Origin: Mobula hypostoma
Taxonomy: Eukaryota
Assembly: GCF_963921235.1 (NCBI RefSeq)
Contig: NC_086097.1
Coordinates: forward strand, 250,668,001-250,732,000
Length of the DNA stretch: 64,000 nt
Direction of reading: 5' to 3'
A program made the position numbers and the translations under genes. The notes under the pieces were generated by a model. It had not been told where the DNA came from, searched no databases, and was given only the letters and a program-made list of their open reading frames with translations. This document shows, one piece after another, positions 37,877-51,575 of the stretch. How positions within the stretch are numbered: the first letter of the stretch is position 1; every line of letters starts with the position of its first letter.

Positions 37877-39016
37877 CTAAGCACAGATCAAAGAGTTAAT
37901 GTACTAAATCATGAGCAATATTACCTGGTAGACAGCAAAGCACAAACAGGTTTATCTAGAGAATATGTAGAAAAGAAAAAGAGATAAAGATTAGCTTTAT
38001 TTGTCAAATAATAATCAATACATTGAAACAACGAAACACAGTGAAATGCATCATACGAAATGCTGGAGGAACTCTGCTGAGTTTTGGGTGTGTTGCTTGG
38101 ATTTTCTCTTGTTTATCTATTGAGGATATTATATAATCATCATAGTATTGAAGATACGCTGGGGGCAGCCCACAAGCGTCACCATGACCAGTCAGTAAGA
38201 CCAAGGAACTGATTGTGGACTTCAGAAAGAGGAAGTTGAGGGAACACACACACCAGTCCTCATTGAAGGAGTCAGCAGTGGACATGGTTCCAGACCTGAT
38301 GAAGGCTCTCAGCCCAGAATGTCGACTGCACTCTTTTTCACTGATGCTGCCTGGCCTGTTGAGTTCCTCCAGCATTTTGTGTGTGTTGAGTCGAAATGGA
38401 GAACTGTTTCAAGTTGCTGGGTGTCAACATCTCTGAAGATCTATTCTGGGCCCAACACATTAATGCAGTTACAAAGAAGACACAACAATGGTTATATTTC
38501 ATTCGGAATTTGAGGAGGTTTGTTGTTGCCAAGGACTCCAGTAAATTTCTACAGGTGGAGGGGCCACTGCACAGAATTGGAAGAAGCCGCAGAAAATTGT
38601 AAACTCTTCCAGCTCCATTGTGGTCACTCACCTCCCCAGCATCGAGGGCATCTTCAAACAGCAGTGCCTCAAAAAGGCAGCATCTATGATTCAGGACCCC
38701 CATCACCCAGGACATGCCTTCTTCTCATTGTTACCATCAGGGAGGAAGTACAGGAGCCTGACGACACACACTCAGTGATTCAGGAACAGCTTCTTCCCAT
38801 CTGCTATCAGATTACTGAATGGACAACGAACCTATGAACACTATCTCAATACGTTTTTTCCCTCTCTTTTTGCACTATAGAAACATAGAAAATAGGTGCA
38901 GGAGTAGGCCATTCGGCCCTTCGAGCCTGCACCGCCATTCAGTACAATCATGGCTGATCATCCAACTCAGAACCCTGTACCAGCCTTCCCTCCATACCCC
39001 CTGATCCCTTTAGTCC

Positions 39017-39260
39017 AGCGGTCCCCAACCACCGGGCCGCAGAGCATGCGCTACCGGGCCGCGAGGAAGTGATATGATTTGGCGATGTGAGTCAGCTGCA
39101 TCTTTCCTCATTCCCTGTCACGCCCACTGATCAGCCATTACGCATGCGAGGTCATGACCCGCGCGTCATCCGTGTCAGCGCGGGAAGGCGATCAACTCCT
39201 CGAGCTTGCAAATGATGACGGGGTGAAAAGTGTGTTTGACATAACATCTCTGTCGGCATT
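39017..39260 (+). mobile_element. probable end fragment of a hAT/Charlie-like DNA transposon
   Basis: CAGCGGTCCCCAAC terminus, repeated ACCGGGCCGC, CpG-rich; no partner end seen. Confidence 0.45.
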
Positions 39261-39771
39261 TAAGAATCTGTCAACCTCTGCTTTAAATATACACAACGAC
39301 TTGGTCTTCACAGATGCCTGAAGCAACGAATTCCATAGATTCACCACTCATTGTCCAAAGAAATTCCTCTTCATCTCCATTCTTAAAGGACACCTCTCTG
39401 TTCTGAGGCTGTGTCCTCAGTCCAAGATTCTCCCACCATAGAAAACATTCACTCTATCAAGGCCCTTCACCATTCGACAGGTTTCAATGAGATCACCCCT
39501 CATTCTTCTGAATTCCAGTGAATACAGGCCCAGAGCCATCAAACGCTCTTCATATGACAAGCCATTCAATCCTGGAATCATTTTTCGAGAACCTCCTTTG
39601 AAACCTCTCCAGTTTCAGCACATCTTTCTAAAAGGGGCCCATGAGGCCTCATGAATACTTTATAAAGCCTCAACATTACATCCTTGCTTTTATATTCTAG
39701 TCCTCTTGAAATGAATGTTAACATCACATTTGCCTTCCTCACCGTAAACTCAACCTGCAAACCTTTAGGAA

Positions 39772-40725
39772 ATAGAACATAGAACATAGAAAAGTACAGC
39801 ACATTACAGGCCCTTCAGCCCACAATGTTGTGCTGACCCTCAAACCCTGCCTCCTGTATAAGCCCCCACCTTAAATTCCTCCACATACCTGTCTAGTAGT
39901 CTCTTAAACTTCACTAGTGTATCTGCCTCCACCACTGACTCAGGCAGTGCATTCCACACACCAACCACTCTCTGAGTAAAAAACCTTCCTCCAATATCCC
40001 CCTTGAACTTCCCACCCCTTACCTTAAAGCCATGTCCTCTTGTATTGAGCAGTGGTGCCCTGGGGAAGAGGTGCTGGCTATCCACTCTATCTCTTCCTCT
40101 TATTATCTTGTACACCTCTATCATGTCTCCTCTCATCCTCCTTCTCTCCAAAGAGTAAAGCCCTAGCTCCCTTAATCTCTGATCATAATGCATACTTTCT
40201 AAACCAGGCAGCATCCTGGTAAATCTCCTCTGTACCCTTTCCAATGCTTCCACATCCTTCCTATAGTGAGGTGACCAGAACTGGACACAGTACTCCAAGT
40301 GTGGCCTAACCAGAGTTTTAAAGAGCTGCATCATTACATCGCGACTCTTAAACTCTATCCCTTGACTTATGAAAGCTAACACCCCATAAGCTTTCTTAAC
40401 TACCCTATCCACCTGTGAGGCAACTTTCAGGGATCTATGGACATGTACCCCGAGATTCCTCTGCTCCTCCACACTACCAAGTATCCTGCCGTTTATTTTG
40501 TACTCTGCCTTGGAGTTTGTCCTTCCAAAGTGTACCACCTCACACTTCTCTGGGTTGAACTCCATCTGCCACTTCTCAGCCCACTTCTGCATCCTATCAA
40601 TGTCTCTCTGCAATCTTCGACAATCCTCTACGCTATCTACAGCACCACCAACCTTTGTGTTGTCTGCAAACTTGCCAACCCACCCTTCTACACCCACATC
40701 CAGGTCGTTAATAAAAATCACGAAA
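39772..40725 (-). mobile_element. young CR1 LINE 3' part
   Basis: ORF 39840..40760 open from INDLD to the stop codon; (TTCTATG)n tail. Confidence 0.92.
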
Positions 40726-41339
40726 TACACAAGGACTCCCAAATCACTTTGCAAATCCAATTTTTTGAATTTATAGCTTTCCTGTCAGTAGGTGACCAGA
40801 ACTACACACAATACTCCAAATTAGGCCTCACCAAAGTCTTGTACAACTTCAACATAACATCCCAACTCCTGTACTCAATACTTTCATTTATGAAGCCCTT
40901 GTTAGGAAGTCCTACATTGGTCAGGGTTGACTGTGGATATTATGTCCTCTTGGTCTATGTTATATGCAAGCCAGGTCAGTGTGATATGGAGAACAAACTA
41001 CTGGCCTTGCAGCAGATTCTCTCTCTCCATGCTGCTGATAAACCCAAAGGAACAACAGAGACTGACACTGACTGGCACCAGCAGCGTCGCCAGAGTTGCC
41101 ACTCAACGTTGAACTCAACATTGGACTACTTTAGGGCCTCCAGCTCTGGATTTTTCCCTTGGGATTTACTTCCAAAGCCTGAGTGGATCTAGCCGCAAGA
41201 CAGCGGAAGTTTGAGATCAGAGCTTTCCTTCTCCTAGAAGGGCTGACAACCATGGCTGACGAGTCCCATTTCCCAGTCTATGAAAAGACAAAGGCTTGAA
41301 GTTTCAAAGTAACATATATGACAGAATCCAAGTACTTAC

Positions 41340-41477
41340 TTCGCTAATCTCTTCTCTATCCAGTGGTTTTGTCACGTTGATGTCACCATTGGCATCAATT
41401 ACGAATGGAATATTGGGATAATACTTCTTGTCCTTGAGCTCCATCTGAAATATTGCACCAGGCATGTTCCACTGCAC
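41340..41477 (-). CDS. cdh17: cadherin-17 coding exon (EC3): VQWNMPGAIFQMELKDKKYYPNIPFVIDANGDINVTKPLDREEISE
   Basis: 138 nt, phase 0-0; acceptor ctcaaattag, donor gtaagt; LDRE motif. Confidence 0.93.
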
Positions 41478-41611
41478 CTAATTTGAGAATGAAAGAATTA
41501 TTGCTTCCACAGTCCTCCTTGGTGGAAAAGAATTAAACACACTTTTTTTGAACATTATCAAAATTATGAGTGGTATAGATAGGGTAAATGCCAGCAGGGT
41601 TTTCCACTGAG

Positions 41612-41835
41612 ACAACAGGAATTCTGCAGATGCTGGAAATTCAAGCAACTCACATCAAAGTTGCTGGTGAACGCAGCAGGCCAGGCAGCATCTCTAGGAA
41701 GAGCTACGGTCGACATTTCAAGCCGAGACCTTTCGTCAGGACCTGACGAAGGGTTTTGGCCTGAAACGTCGACTGTACCTCTTCCGAGAGATGCTGCCTG
41801 GCCTGCTGCGTTCACCAGCAACTTTGATGTGTGTT
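41612..41835. mobile_element. palindromic Penelope-end (hammerhead) mini-element
   Basis: two hammerhead cores back to back (tcgtcagg-a-cctgacga); 13-bp TSD GTTTTCCACTGAG at 41599-41611 / 41836-41848. Confidence 0.88.
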
Positions 41836-42742
41836 GTTTTCCACTGAGGTTGGGAGGGACAACGCAGGTTCAATTCCCGCCGCTCTCGGTAAGGAGTTTG
41901 TACATTCACCCTGTGACCGTGTGGGTTTCCTCCGATTGCTCTGGTTTCCTCCAACAGTCCAAAGACGTACCGGTCAGCAGGTTAATTGGTCATTGTAAAT
42001 TGTCCTGTGATTAGGCAAGGATTAAATCAGGGGATTGCTGGGTGGTCATTGTAAATTGATCTGTGATCAGGCTAGGATTAAATCGGGGATTTCTGGGCCA
42101 GAAGGGCCTGTTTCGTGCTGCATCTCAATCAGTACATCTAGAGTCATGGGTTAAGGGTGAACTCCGAACTAAGGCCCTGAGTGGTTCTGGTGTCACGTAA
42201 ACCCCATTATGCTACCATGGAGCCCGTGTATACCTACAGAATATTTACTTTAATCTGTTAATATTACTTTATGTGCCCCATTGCATTTTGCACCTTGGTC
42301 CCAAGGGACCATTGTTTCATTTAGCCATATACATATGTACAGTTGAATGACAATAGACTTGAACTAGAACGTGATTTCGAGCATTAAAATGATGGTCAGT
42401 AACTTTCAAAACTAAGATAACAGAACAACTGAGTATATATCATTTCCTCAATTTGCAAGTGATGATAATGGACTTGAGTAAATAATTCTCCACAAATCAC
42501 TGAACATTACCTTGGCCTCACTTTCACTAACTCTACAATTCATGTTCTCAGCATTATTTATTTATTTAATTATTACTACTTGCTTCTTCTTGTATTTGCA
42601 GTTTGTCAGTCTTTGTGTGTAGTTTTTCATTCATTCTATTGTGCATCTATTTTACATTGTGAATACCCACAAGAAAATGAATCTCAGGGTAGTACATGGT
42701 AGCATGTATGTACTTTGAAAAAAATTTCAAACTAATAGGATT

Positions 42743-43040
42743 TCACGGTAGCACAGTGGTTCGCGTGACGCTATTATAGCTCGGGGCATCAGAGTTCAGA
42801 AGTCAATCCCGGCGTCATCAGTAAGGAGTCTGAATGTTCTGCCCATGGAATGCAAGGGTTTCCTCTCGGTGCTCAGGTTTCCCCTCACAATCCCAAAGGT
42901 GTACTGATTAGTGGGGTTAATTGGTCATTGTAAATTGTCCCGTGATTAGGCTAGGGTTAAACAGGTGGGTTGCTGAGTAGTGCGACTCGAAGGGCTGGAA
43001 AGGTCTGATCCACGCTGTATCTTTAAATCAATAAAAATAA
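42743..43040 (+). mobile_element. tRNA-derived V-SINE (HE1-like)
   Basis: tRNA-like head, V-core, A-rich tail; ends about 45 nt from a cdh17 donor. Confidence 0.72.
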
Positions 43041-43084
43041 ACATTGCAAATTTACTTTGAACTTTGAACACTTGCTGGTCTTAC

Positions 43085-43275
43085 CTTTGTGATCGTCTGT
43101 GGATAAGGTTCAGTAGAATTCTCAAAAACCTCTATTGTTCCTGGTGATTTCCACAGATTCTCCTTAACATCGATTTTTACTGTGGTGCTTTTACTGAGGG
43201 GTAACTCAGCTAAATCCGACACAGAAACGATTAGATCGTACTGTTTTGCTTCATTTGGATCAAGTAATTTGTATC
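43085..43275 (-). CDS. cdh17: cadherin-17 coding exon (EC2/EC3): YKLLDPNEAKQYDLIVSVSDLAELPLSKSTTVKIDVKENLWKSPGTIEVFENSTEPYPQTITK
   Basis: 191 nt, phase 1-0; acceptor cttattacag, donor gtaaga; overlaps ORF 43052..43309. Confidence 0.93.
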
Positions 43276-44214
43276 CTGTAATAAGACATTTTAAGGAAGC
43301 ATTATTCATCGTTGTTTATTTTTTTTTTAAAAAGCCGGCATGCTTTATTCTAGTTTCTTCCCTCTTTCTTCTCAGTCTGGTGAAGGGTCTCGGCCCGAAA
43401 CGTCAACTGTCTACCCTTTTCCATAGGCGTTGCCAGACCTGCTGAATTCCTCCAGCAGTTTGTATGTTTTGCTTTATCTCAAATCTATGCCTGTGAGTTT
43501 GAGAGGCCCACAGAAAACTTCCCTCAGTGTTCTTATGCTCTCTATTTACACTGCTTATTTAATTTAATTCTATATATATTTTCTGCATGGTGATTGGTAG
43601 ATTTTTTCATGACGCATTGCACCTTATTACTGCTACAAAACATGACGTATGCCAGTGATATTAATCTGGATTCTAATTCAGTTCTGATTCCCAGAAGACC
43701 AATAGCTATTGGGAACAGGATAAGCCGTTTGGCCCGTCGAATCTGCTCCTCCATTTCATCACGGCTGATCTATTTTTCCTCTCAGCCCCAATCTCCTGCC
43801 CTCTCCCAGTATCACTTAATGCCCTGACTAGTTAAGAATATATCAAACTCTGCCTTAAATATGCCAAGTGACTTCGCCTCCACAGCTGCCTGCAGAGGTG
43901 AACTTCACAGATTCACCACCCCCCTGGCTAAAGAAATACCTCCTCTTCTCCATTCTAAATGTACACCCCTCAATTCTGAGGCTGTGTCGTCTGATCTTAC
44001 ACTCCCCCACCATAGGAAAGTGCTATGATTCAGACTCTGTGATAATTTATCCCAAATCAGTACATTCTGGACAACTATGCTTATTTCCTACAGTAACACA
44101 AAATAAAAGACCATAAGGCCACAAGGCCATTTGGCCCATCGAGTCTGCTCCACCATTCAATCATGGCTGATCCTTTTTTCCCCTCCTTAGCCCCTCTCCA
44201 GCCTTCTGTAAAAA

Positions 44215-47070
44215 GGGCAATGTAATAATAATCATGGGAGTTTTCAGCATGCAAGTCGACTGGGAATATCAGGTTGGTAATGGATCTCAAGAGAGTGAGT
44301 TTGTTGAATGCCTGTGAGATGGCTTTTTAGAGCAGTTTGTCGTTGAGCCTACTAGGGGATCAGCTATACTGGAATGGGTGTTATGTAATGAACCAGAGGT
44401 GATTAGGGAGTTTTCAGTAAAAGAACCCTTAAGAGGCAGTGATCACAATATGATTGAGTTTAACTTGAAATTTGACAAGGAGAAAGTGAAGTCTGACATA
44501 GCAGTATTTCAGTGGATTAAAGGAAATTACAATGGTATGAAAGAGGAGTTGGCCAAAGTAAATGGGAAGGAGATGCAGGCAGGGATGTCAGCAGAGCAGC
44601 AATGGTGTGTGTTTCTGGGAAAATGGAGGAAGGTGCAGGATAGATATATTTCAAAAATGAAGAAATTTTTTAAAAAAGGAGGGAGAGAGAAACCGGGGAA
44701 TTATAGGCCGGTTAGCCTAACGTCGGTGGTGGGGAAACTGCTGGAGTCAGTTATCAAGGATGTGATAACAGCACATTTGGAAAGCGGTGAAATGATCGGA
44801 CAAAGTCAGCATGGATTTGTGAAAGGAAAATCATGTCTGACGAATCTCATAGAATTTTTTGAGGATGTAACTAGTAGAGTGGATAGGGGAGAACCAGTGG
44901 ATGTGGTATATTTGGATTTTCAAAAGGCTTTTGACAAGGTCCCACACAGGAGATTAGTGTGCAAACTTAAAGCACACGGTATTGGGGGTAAGGTATTGGT
45001 GTGGGTGGAGAATTGGTTAGCAGACAGGAAGCAAAGAGTGGGAATAAACGGGACCTTTTCAGAATGGCAGGCAGTGACTAGTGGGGTACCGCAAGGCTCA
45101 GTGCTGGGACCCCAGTTGTTTACAATATATATTAATGACTTGGATGAGGGAATTAAATGCAGCATCTCCAAGTTTGCGGATGACACGAAGCTGGGTGGCA
45201 GTGTTAGCAGTGAGGAGGATGCTAAGAGGATGCAGGGTGACTTGGATAGGTTGGGTGAGTGGGCAAACTCATGGCAGATGCAATTTAATGTGGATAAATG
45301 TGAAGTTATCCACTTTGGTGGCAAAAATAGGAAAACAGATTATTATCTGAATGGTGGCCGATTAGGAAAAGGGGAGGTGCAACGAGACCTGGGTGTCATT
45401 ATACACCAGTCATTGAAAGTGGGCATGCAGGTACAGCAGGCGGTGAAAAAGGCGAACGGTATGCTGGCATTTATAGCGAGAGGATTCGAGTACAGGAGCA
45501 GGGAGGTACTACTGCAGTTGTACAAGGCCTTGGTGAGACCACACCTGGAGTATTGTGTGCAGTTTTGGTCCCCTAATCTGAGGAAAGACATCTTTGCCAT
45601 AGAGGGAGTACAAAGAAGGTTCACCAGATTGATTCCTGGGATGGCAGGTCTTTCATATGAAGAAAGACTGGATGAACTGGGCTTGTACTCGTTGGAATTT
45701 AGAAGATTGAGGGGGGATCTGATTGAAACGTATAAGATCCTAAAGGGATTGGACAGGCTAGATGCAGGAAGATTGTTCCCGATGTTGGGGAGGTCTAGAA
45801 CGAGGGGTCACAGTTTGAGGATAGAGGGGAAGCCTTTTAGGACCGAGGTTAGGAAAAACTTCTTCACACAGAGAGTGGTGAATCTGTGGAATTCTCTGCC
45901 ACAGCAAACTGTTGAGGCCAGTTCATTAGCTATGTTTAAAAGGAAGTTAGATATGGCCCTTGTGGCTACAGGGGTCAGGGGGTATGGAGGGAAGGCTGGG
46001 TTCTGAGTTGGATGATCAGCCAAGATCATAATAAATGGCGGTGCAGGCTCGAAGGGCCGAATGGCCTACTCCTGCACCTATTTTCTATGTTTCTATGTTT
46101 CTATGTAAATACTCAAACGGCAAAATAGTACAACTGTGGATGGCAAGGGAAGTCAAAGCTAATGTAAAAGCATAAGGGAGGGCATACAACAAAGCAAAAA
46201 TTAGCAGAAAGATAGAGGATTGGGAAACTTAAAAACCTGCAGAGAGCAACTAAAAGAAACATTAGGAGGGAAAAGATGAAATATGAAAGCAAGCTAGCAA
46301 ATAATATCAAAGTGGATAGTAAAAGCTTTGAGTATGTAAAAAAAAATAAAAAAAGATGATAGTGGCTGTAGAACCACTAGAAAATGAGACCGGAGAAATA
46401 ATAACGGGGGACAAGGAGATGGCAGATGAACTAAATGAGTGTTTTGCATCAGTCTTCACTGTGGAAGACACTAGCAGTGTGCCAGCTGTTGAAGGGTGTG
46501 AGGGAAGAGAAGTGAATACAGTTATTATTACAAGGGAGAAGGTGCTCAAAAAGCTGAAAGACCTGAAGGTACATAAGTCACCCGGACTAGAGGAACTGCA
46601 CCCTAGGGTTCTGAAAGAGGTAGATTATGGTGGCATTAGAAATGATCTTTCAAAAATCATTGGACTCTGGTATGGTGCCAGAGGACTGGAAAATTGCAAA
46701 TGTTGCTCCACTCTTTAAGAAAGGAGGAAGGCAGCAGAAAGGAAATTATAGACTAGTTAGCCTGACCTCAGTGGTTGGAAAGATATTGGAGTCAATTGTT
46801 AAGGATAAGGTTATGGAGTACTTGGTGACACCGGACAAGATAGGACAAAGTCAGCATGGGGTCCTTAAGGGAAAATCTTGCCTTATGAACCTGTTCGAAT
46901 TCTGTGAGGAGATTACAAGTAGGATAGGTAAAAGGAATGTAGTGGATGTTGTATATTTGGACTTTCAGAAGGCCTTTGAGGAGATGCCACACATGAGGCT
47001 GCTTACCAAACTTAGAACCCATGGTATGACAGGAAAATTACTGGCATGGTTAGAGTATTGACTGATTGGT
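44215..47070 (+). mobile_element. older CR1 ORF2 (endonuclease to RT) interrupted by a young CR1
   Basis: similar to 7550-8765; resumes at 46107. Confidence 0.82.
44667..46106 (+). mobile_element. young CR1 LINE, intact RT to C-terminus, 5'-truncated
   Basis: uninterrupted frame from FKKGG to the stop at 46006; (TTTCTATG)3 tail; AAAT on both sides. Confidence 0.92.
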
Positions 47071-47089
47071 AGGGGTCAGCGAGAGAGTC

Positions 47090-47720
47090 AGCATTCATTT
47101 CAAGAGGTCTAGAATGCAAAAGCAAGGATGTGACGCTGAGGCTTTATAAGGCTGGTGAGGCCTCACCTTGAGTATTGTGAACACTTCTGGGCTTCTCATC
47201 TAAGAAAAGATGTGCTGGCATTGGAGAGGGTTCAGAGGTGGTTCACAAAGGATGATTCCAGGAATTAAAGTGCTATCATACGAGGAACATTTGATAGCTC
47301 TACATCTGTACTCGCTGGAATTTAGAAAGAAGAGGGGAGATCTCATTGAAACCTTTCAAATGTTGAAAGACCTGGACAGTGTAAATGTGGAAAGGACATT
47401 TCTCATTGTTGGAGAGTTTAGGACAAGAGGGCACAGCCTCAGGATAGAGGGGCGCCTTTTCAAAACAGAGATCCAGAGAAATTTCCTTAGCCAGAGGGTG
47501 GAGCATCTGTGGAATTTATTGCCACAGGCAGCTTTGGAGGCCAGGTCGTTGGGTGTACTTAAGGCAGAGATTAATAGGCTCTTGATTGGATATGGCATCA
47601 AAGGTTATGGAGGGAAGGCCAGGGAGGGGTGCTAAGGAGGGGAATAAAGATCAGCCATGATTGAATGGCTTAGCAGATTCGATGGGCCAAATGGCCTAAT
47701 TTGGCCCTGATGTCTGATGG
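47090..47720 (+). mobile_element. degraded CR1 3' fragment
   Basis: ORF 47210..47635. Confidence 0.75.
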
Positions 47721-48232
47721 TCTTCTCCCCATAGCCTTTGATGCCGTGTGATAATAAATTCCACACACTCACCGCCCTCTGATTAAAGAAATTCCTCCAT
47801 ATCTCGGTTTCAAATGGACGCCCCTCTATCCTGGGGCTGTGCCCTCTTGTCTCAAACTCCCCCACCATGGGAAACATCCTTTCCACATCTACTCTGTCCA
47901 GGCTTTCAACATTCGAAAGTTCTCAGTGAGATCCCCACTCATCCCTCTAAAACCACTACTAGTAGGGCTATTCTCTTTGGAGTGAAGGAGGATGAGAGGT
48001 GACTTGACAGAGGCATACAAGAAGAAAAGAGGCACAGATTGACTGGATAACTAGACACTTCTTCCCAGGGTAGAAATGTCTAATACCACGGGGCATAATT
48101 TTAAGATGATTGGAGGAAAGTATAGGGAAGGATGTCAGAGGTGATTTAATTTTTTTTAAACGGGGAGTGGTTGGTGCATGGAACATTCTACCAGGGCTGG
48201 TGATAGAGGTAGGTACCTTATGGTTATTTGAG

Positions 48233-48850
48233 ATAGAACATAGAATAGTACAGCACAGTACAGGCCTTTCGGCCCACAATGTTGTGCCGACCCTCAAGCC
48301 CTGCCTCCCATATAAGCCCCCACCTTAGATTCCTCCATATACCTGTCTAGTAGTCTCTTAAACTTCACTAGTGTATCTGCCTCCACCACTGACTCAGGCA
48401 GTGCATTCCACGCACCAACCACTCTCTGAGTAAAAAACCTTCCTCCAATATCCCCCTTGAACTTCCCACCACTTACCTTAAAGCCATGTCCTCTTGTATT
48501 GAGCAGTGGTGCCCTGGGGAAGAGGCGCTGGCTATCTACTCTATCTATTCCTCTTATTATCTTGTACACCTCTATCATGTCTCCTCTCATCCTCCTTCTC
48601 TCCAAAGAGTAAAGCCCTAGCTCCCTTAATCTCTGGTCATAATGCATACTCTCTAAACCAGGCAGCATCCTGATAAATCTCCTCCCTTTCCAATGCTTCC
48701 ACATCCTTCCTATGGTGAGGCGACCAGAACTGGACACAGTACTCCAAGTGTGGCCTAACCAGAGTTTTATAGAGCTGCATCATTACATCACGACTCTTAA
48801 ACTCTATCCCTCAACTTATGAAAGCTAACACCCCATAAGCTTTCTTAACT
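48233..48850 (-). mobile_element. young CR1 3' part (same subfamily as 39772-40725 and 63017-63748)
   Basis: ORF 48294..48737. Confidence 0.88.
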
Positions 48851-49471
48851 TTTGGATAGGCACCTGGATGATATAAAATGTAGGGCTATGTGGGAGGGAA
48901 GGGTTGGATTGAGTTCAATGTAGGTTAAAACTTACAGTAACAGACTAAGACAACTATGCTGTTCCAAAGAGCGCTATATGAGGTCATCCTTACCCTCGGT
49001 CATTAGGCTCTATAATGAGTCAACCCGTAGCCGGGGAAGTGATGATGCCCTTCTGTTAGACTGTTATCACCCTCTGTTCAAGCTCTGTTTGGCTCCGTTT
49101 ACCACACCCTAGTATCGCGGACACCCTGTCCAATAGTACACGTCACTTCTTACCTCGACTTTATGAATGTGCACCCATTACTGTATAATATTACAGTAAT
49201 TCTTGCACTACCATCTTATCAGTGTGAACTTGGAAATCTTGTAAAGCCTGTCTTCTTTGACTTGTAAATTTTGTACTTCTTACTTTTCAGGTAACTTTTT
49301 TTATTCTTTCCACTTCTCTTTTAATATTTGTATATCTGTGCTCTCAAAATGCTACTGTGACACTGTAATTTCCTCTGGGATTAATGAAGTATCTATCTAT
49401 TCAACTATCTACCTAAAAGATTGACACAACATCATGGGCTGAAGGGCCTGTGATGTTCTATGTTCTATATA

Positions 49472-51575
49472 CTGTGGCAAGCAAAAGTTTGGGCACCCCT
49501 GGTCAAAATTTCTGTTACTGTGAAAGGCGGGAGGAGAAGATGGCGGTGCACCTGTGTGTGTGCAGCCCTCTAGTGAAAAATGATATCGTATCTGTTAAAT
49601 AGGGACCATGGACAATTCTGATGTGATGGAGAAAGGAAGCGAAAGCACAGAGGAACATCTGGAGACATTTCTGAAACGCCAGTTCGCTGCTGTCGTTACT
49701 GTGTGGTCGAGAATCTTTCAGAGGGTAGGCCTCAAAATCCCTGGCCCTGCCTGCTTTTGGCGACCGAGATTGAGGTCGAATCATTCGGACAGAGATGGCA
49801 CTCAGTACTCGGTGTCGGAGAGCTGATCAGAGCTCGAAGTTTTCGGATGACTCAGAGTCGGACTGTGGTCGGCATGGCAGGGAGAGTTTTTCTTCCTTCT
49901 CTCGTCTGCGTGAGATGTGGGACATTTGAGAGACTTTGAACTTGTACTGTGCTCATGGACTTCTTCATCAAGTCATGGTATTGTTGCACTGTTGTAACTA
50001 TATGTTATAATTATGTGGTTTTGTCAGTTTTTTCAGTCTTGGTCTGTCCTGTGTTTTGTGATATCGCACCGGAGGAAATAATGTATCATTTCTTAATGCA
50101 TGCATTACTAAATGACAATAAAAGAGGACTACGTGTCTTCATAATCCTATCCTATCCTAAGCGAGTAAAAGATGAACTGATTTCCTGTATTGTTCAATGT
50201 ACATGTGACAAATAAAGCTAAATGGTCTTTTCTTTTGGGAGGAAGATACAGTGACATGCAAATGTTTGGGCACCCTTGGGTAGAATTTCTGTTACTGTGA
50301 GTAGCTAAGCGAGTAAAAGATAAACTGATTTCCAAAAGGCATAAAGTTAAAGATGACACATTTCTTTAATATTTTAAGCAAGAAAACTTCTTTATTTCCA
50401 TCTTTTACAGTTTCAAAATAACAAAAAAGGAAAAGGGCCCAAAGCAAAAGTTTGGGCACCCTGCATAGTCAGTACTTAGTAACACCCCCTTTGACAAGTA
50501 TCACAGCTCATAAATGTTTTTTGTAACCAGCTAAGAGTCTTTCAGTTCTTGTTTGGGGGATTTTTGCCCACTCTTCCTTGCAAAAGGCTTCTAATTCTGT
50601 GAGATTCTTGGGCTGTCTTGCATGCACTGCTCTTTTTAGGTCTATCCACAGATTCTCGATGATGTTTAGGTCGGGAGACTGTGAGGGCCATGGCAAAACC
50701 TTCAGCTTGTGCCTCTTGAGGTTTTGAAAAGTTCTATTCAAAAGGTTCAAAGGAACATCTGAACAAGCCTGATGCATTTTGGAAGCAAGTCCTGTGGACT
50801 GATGAAGTTAAAATAGAACTTTTTGGCCGCAATGAGCAAAGGTATGTTTGGAGAAAAAAGGGTGCAGAATTTCATGAAAAGGACCCCTCTCCAACTGTTA
50901 AGCACGGGGGTGGATCGATCATGCTTTGGGCTTGTGTTGCAGCCAGTGACATGGGGAACATTTACTGGTAGACAGAAGAAGGAATTCAGTTAAATACCAT
51001 CAAATTCTGGAAGCAAAAATCACAGTCTGTAAAAAAGCCAAAGATGAAAAGAGGATGACTTCTACAACAGGATAAATGAACCTAAACACACCACAAAATC
51101 TACAATGGACTACCTCAAGAGGTGCAAGCTGAAGGTTTTGCCATGGCCCTCACAGTGTCCATCATCGAGAATCTGTGGATAGACCTAAAAAGAGCAGTGC
51201 ATGCAAGACAGCCCAAGAATCTCACAGAATTAGAAGCCTTTTGCAAGGAAGAGTGGGCAAAAATCCCCCAAACAAGAACTGAAAGACTCTTAGCTGGTTA
51301 CAAAAAACGTTTATGAGCTGTGATACTTGCCAAAGAGGGTGTTACTAAGTACTGACTATGCAGGGTGCCCAAACTTTTGCTTTGGGCCCTTTTCCTTTTT
51401 TGTTATTTTGAAACTGTAAAAGATGGAAATAAAGAAGTTTTCTTGCTTAAAATATTAAAGAAATGTGTCATCTTTAACTTTATGCCTTTTGGAAATCAGT
51501 TTATCTTTTACTCACTTAGCTATTCACAGTAACAGAAATTCTACCCAAGGGTGCCCAAACATTTGCATGTCACTG
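49472..51575 (+). mobile_element. rearranged Tc1-like transposon (IR/DR-type ends, DD34E transposase remnant)
   Basis: TA|CAGTG-type ends; repeated GCAAAAGTTTGGGCACCC within the TIR; WTDEVKIELFG, VKHGGGSIMLW, WPSQSPDLNIIENLW. Confidence 0.88.
49526..50158 (+). mobile_element. non-coding ~630 bp retroposon-like element, copy 2, inserted in the Tc1 left TIR
   Basis: similar to 11996-12612; (ATCCT)n tail; TIR sequence resumes after it. Confidence 0.78.

Noticed and set aside
44378..46006. 542-aa ORF, the longest in the window, as a gene or intact LINE ORF2
   Set aside because: Chance in-frame fusion of an old CR1 (to ~44666) with a younger 5'-truncated CR1 RT; the old element resumes at 46107.
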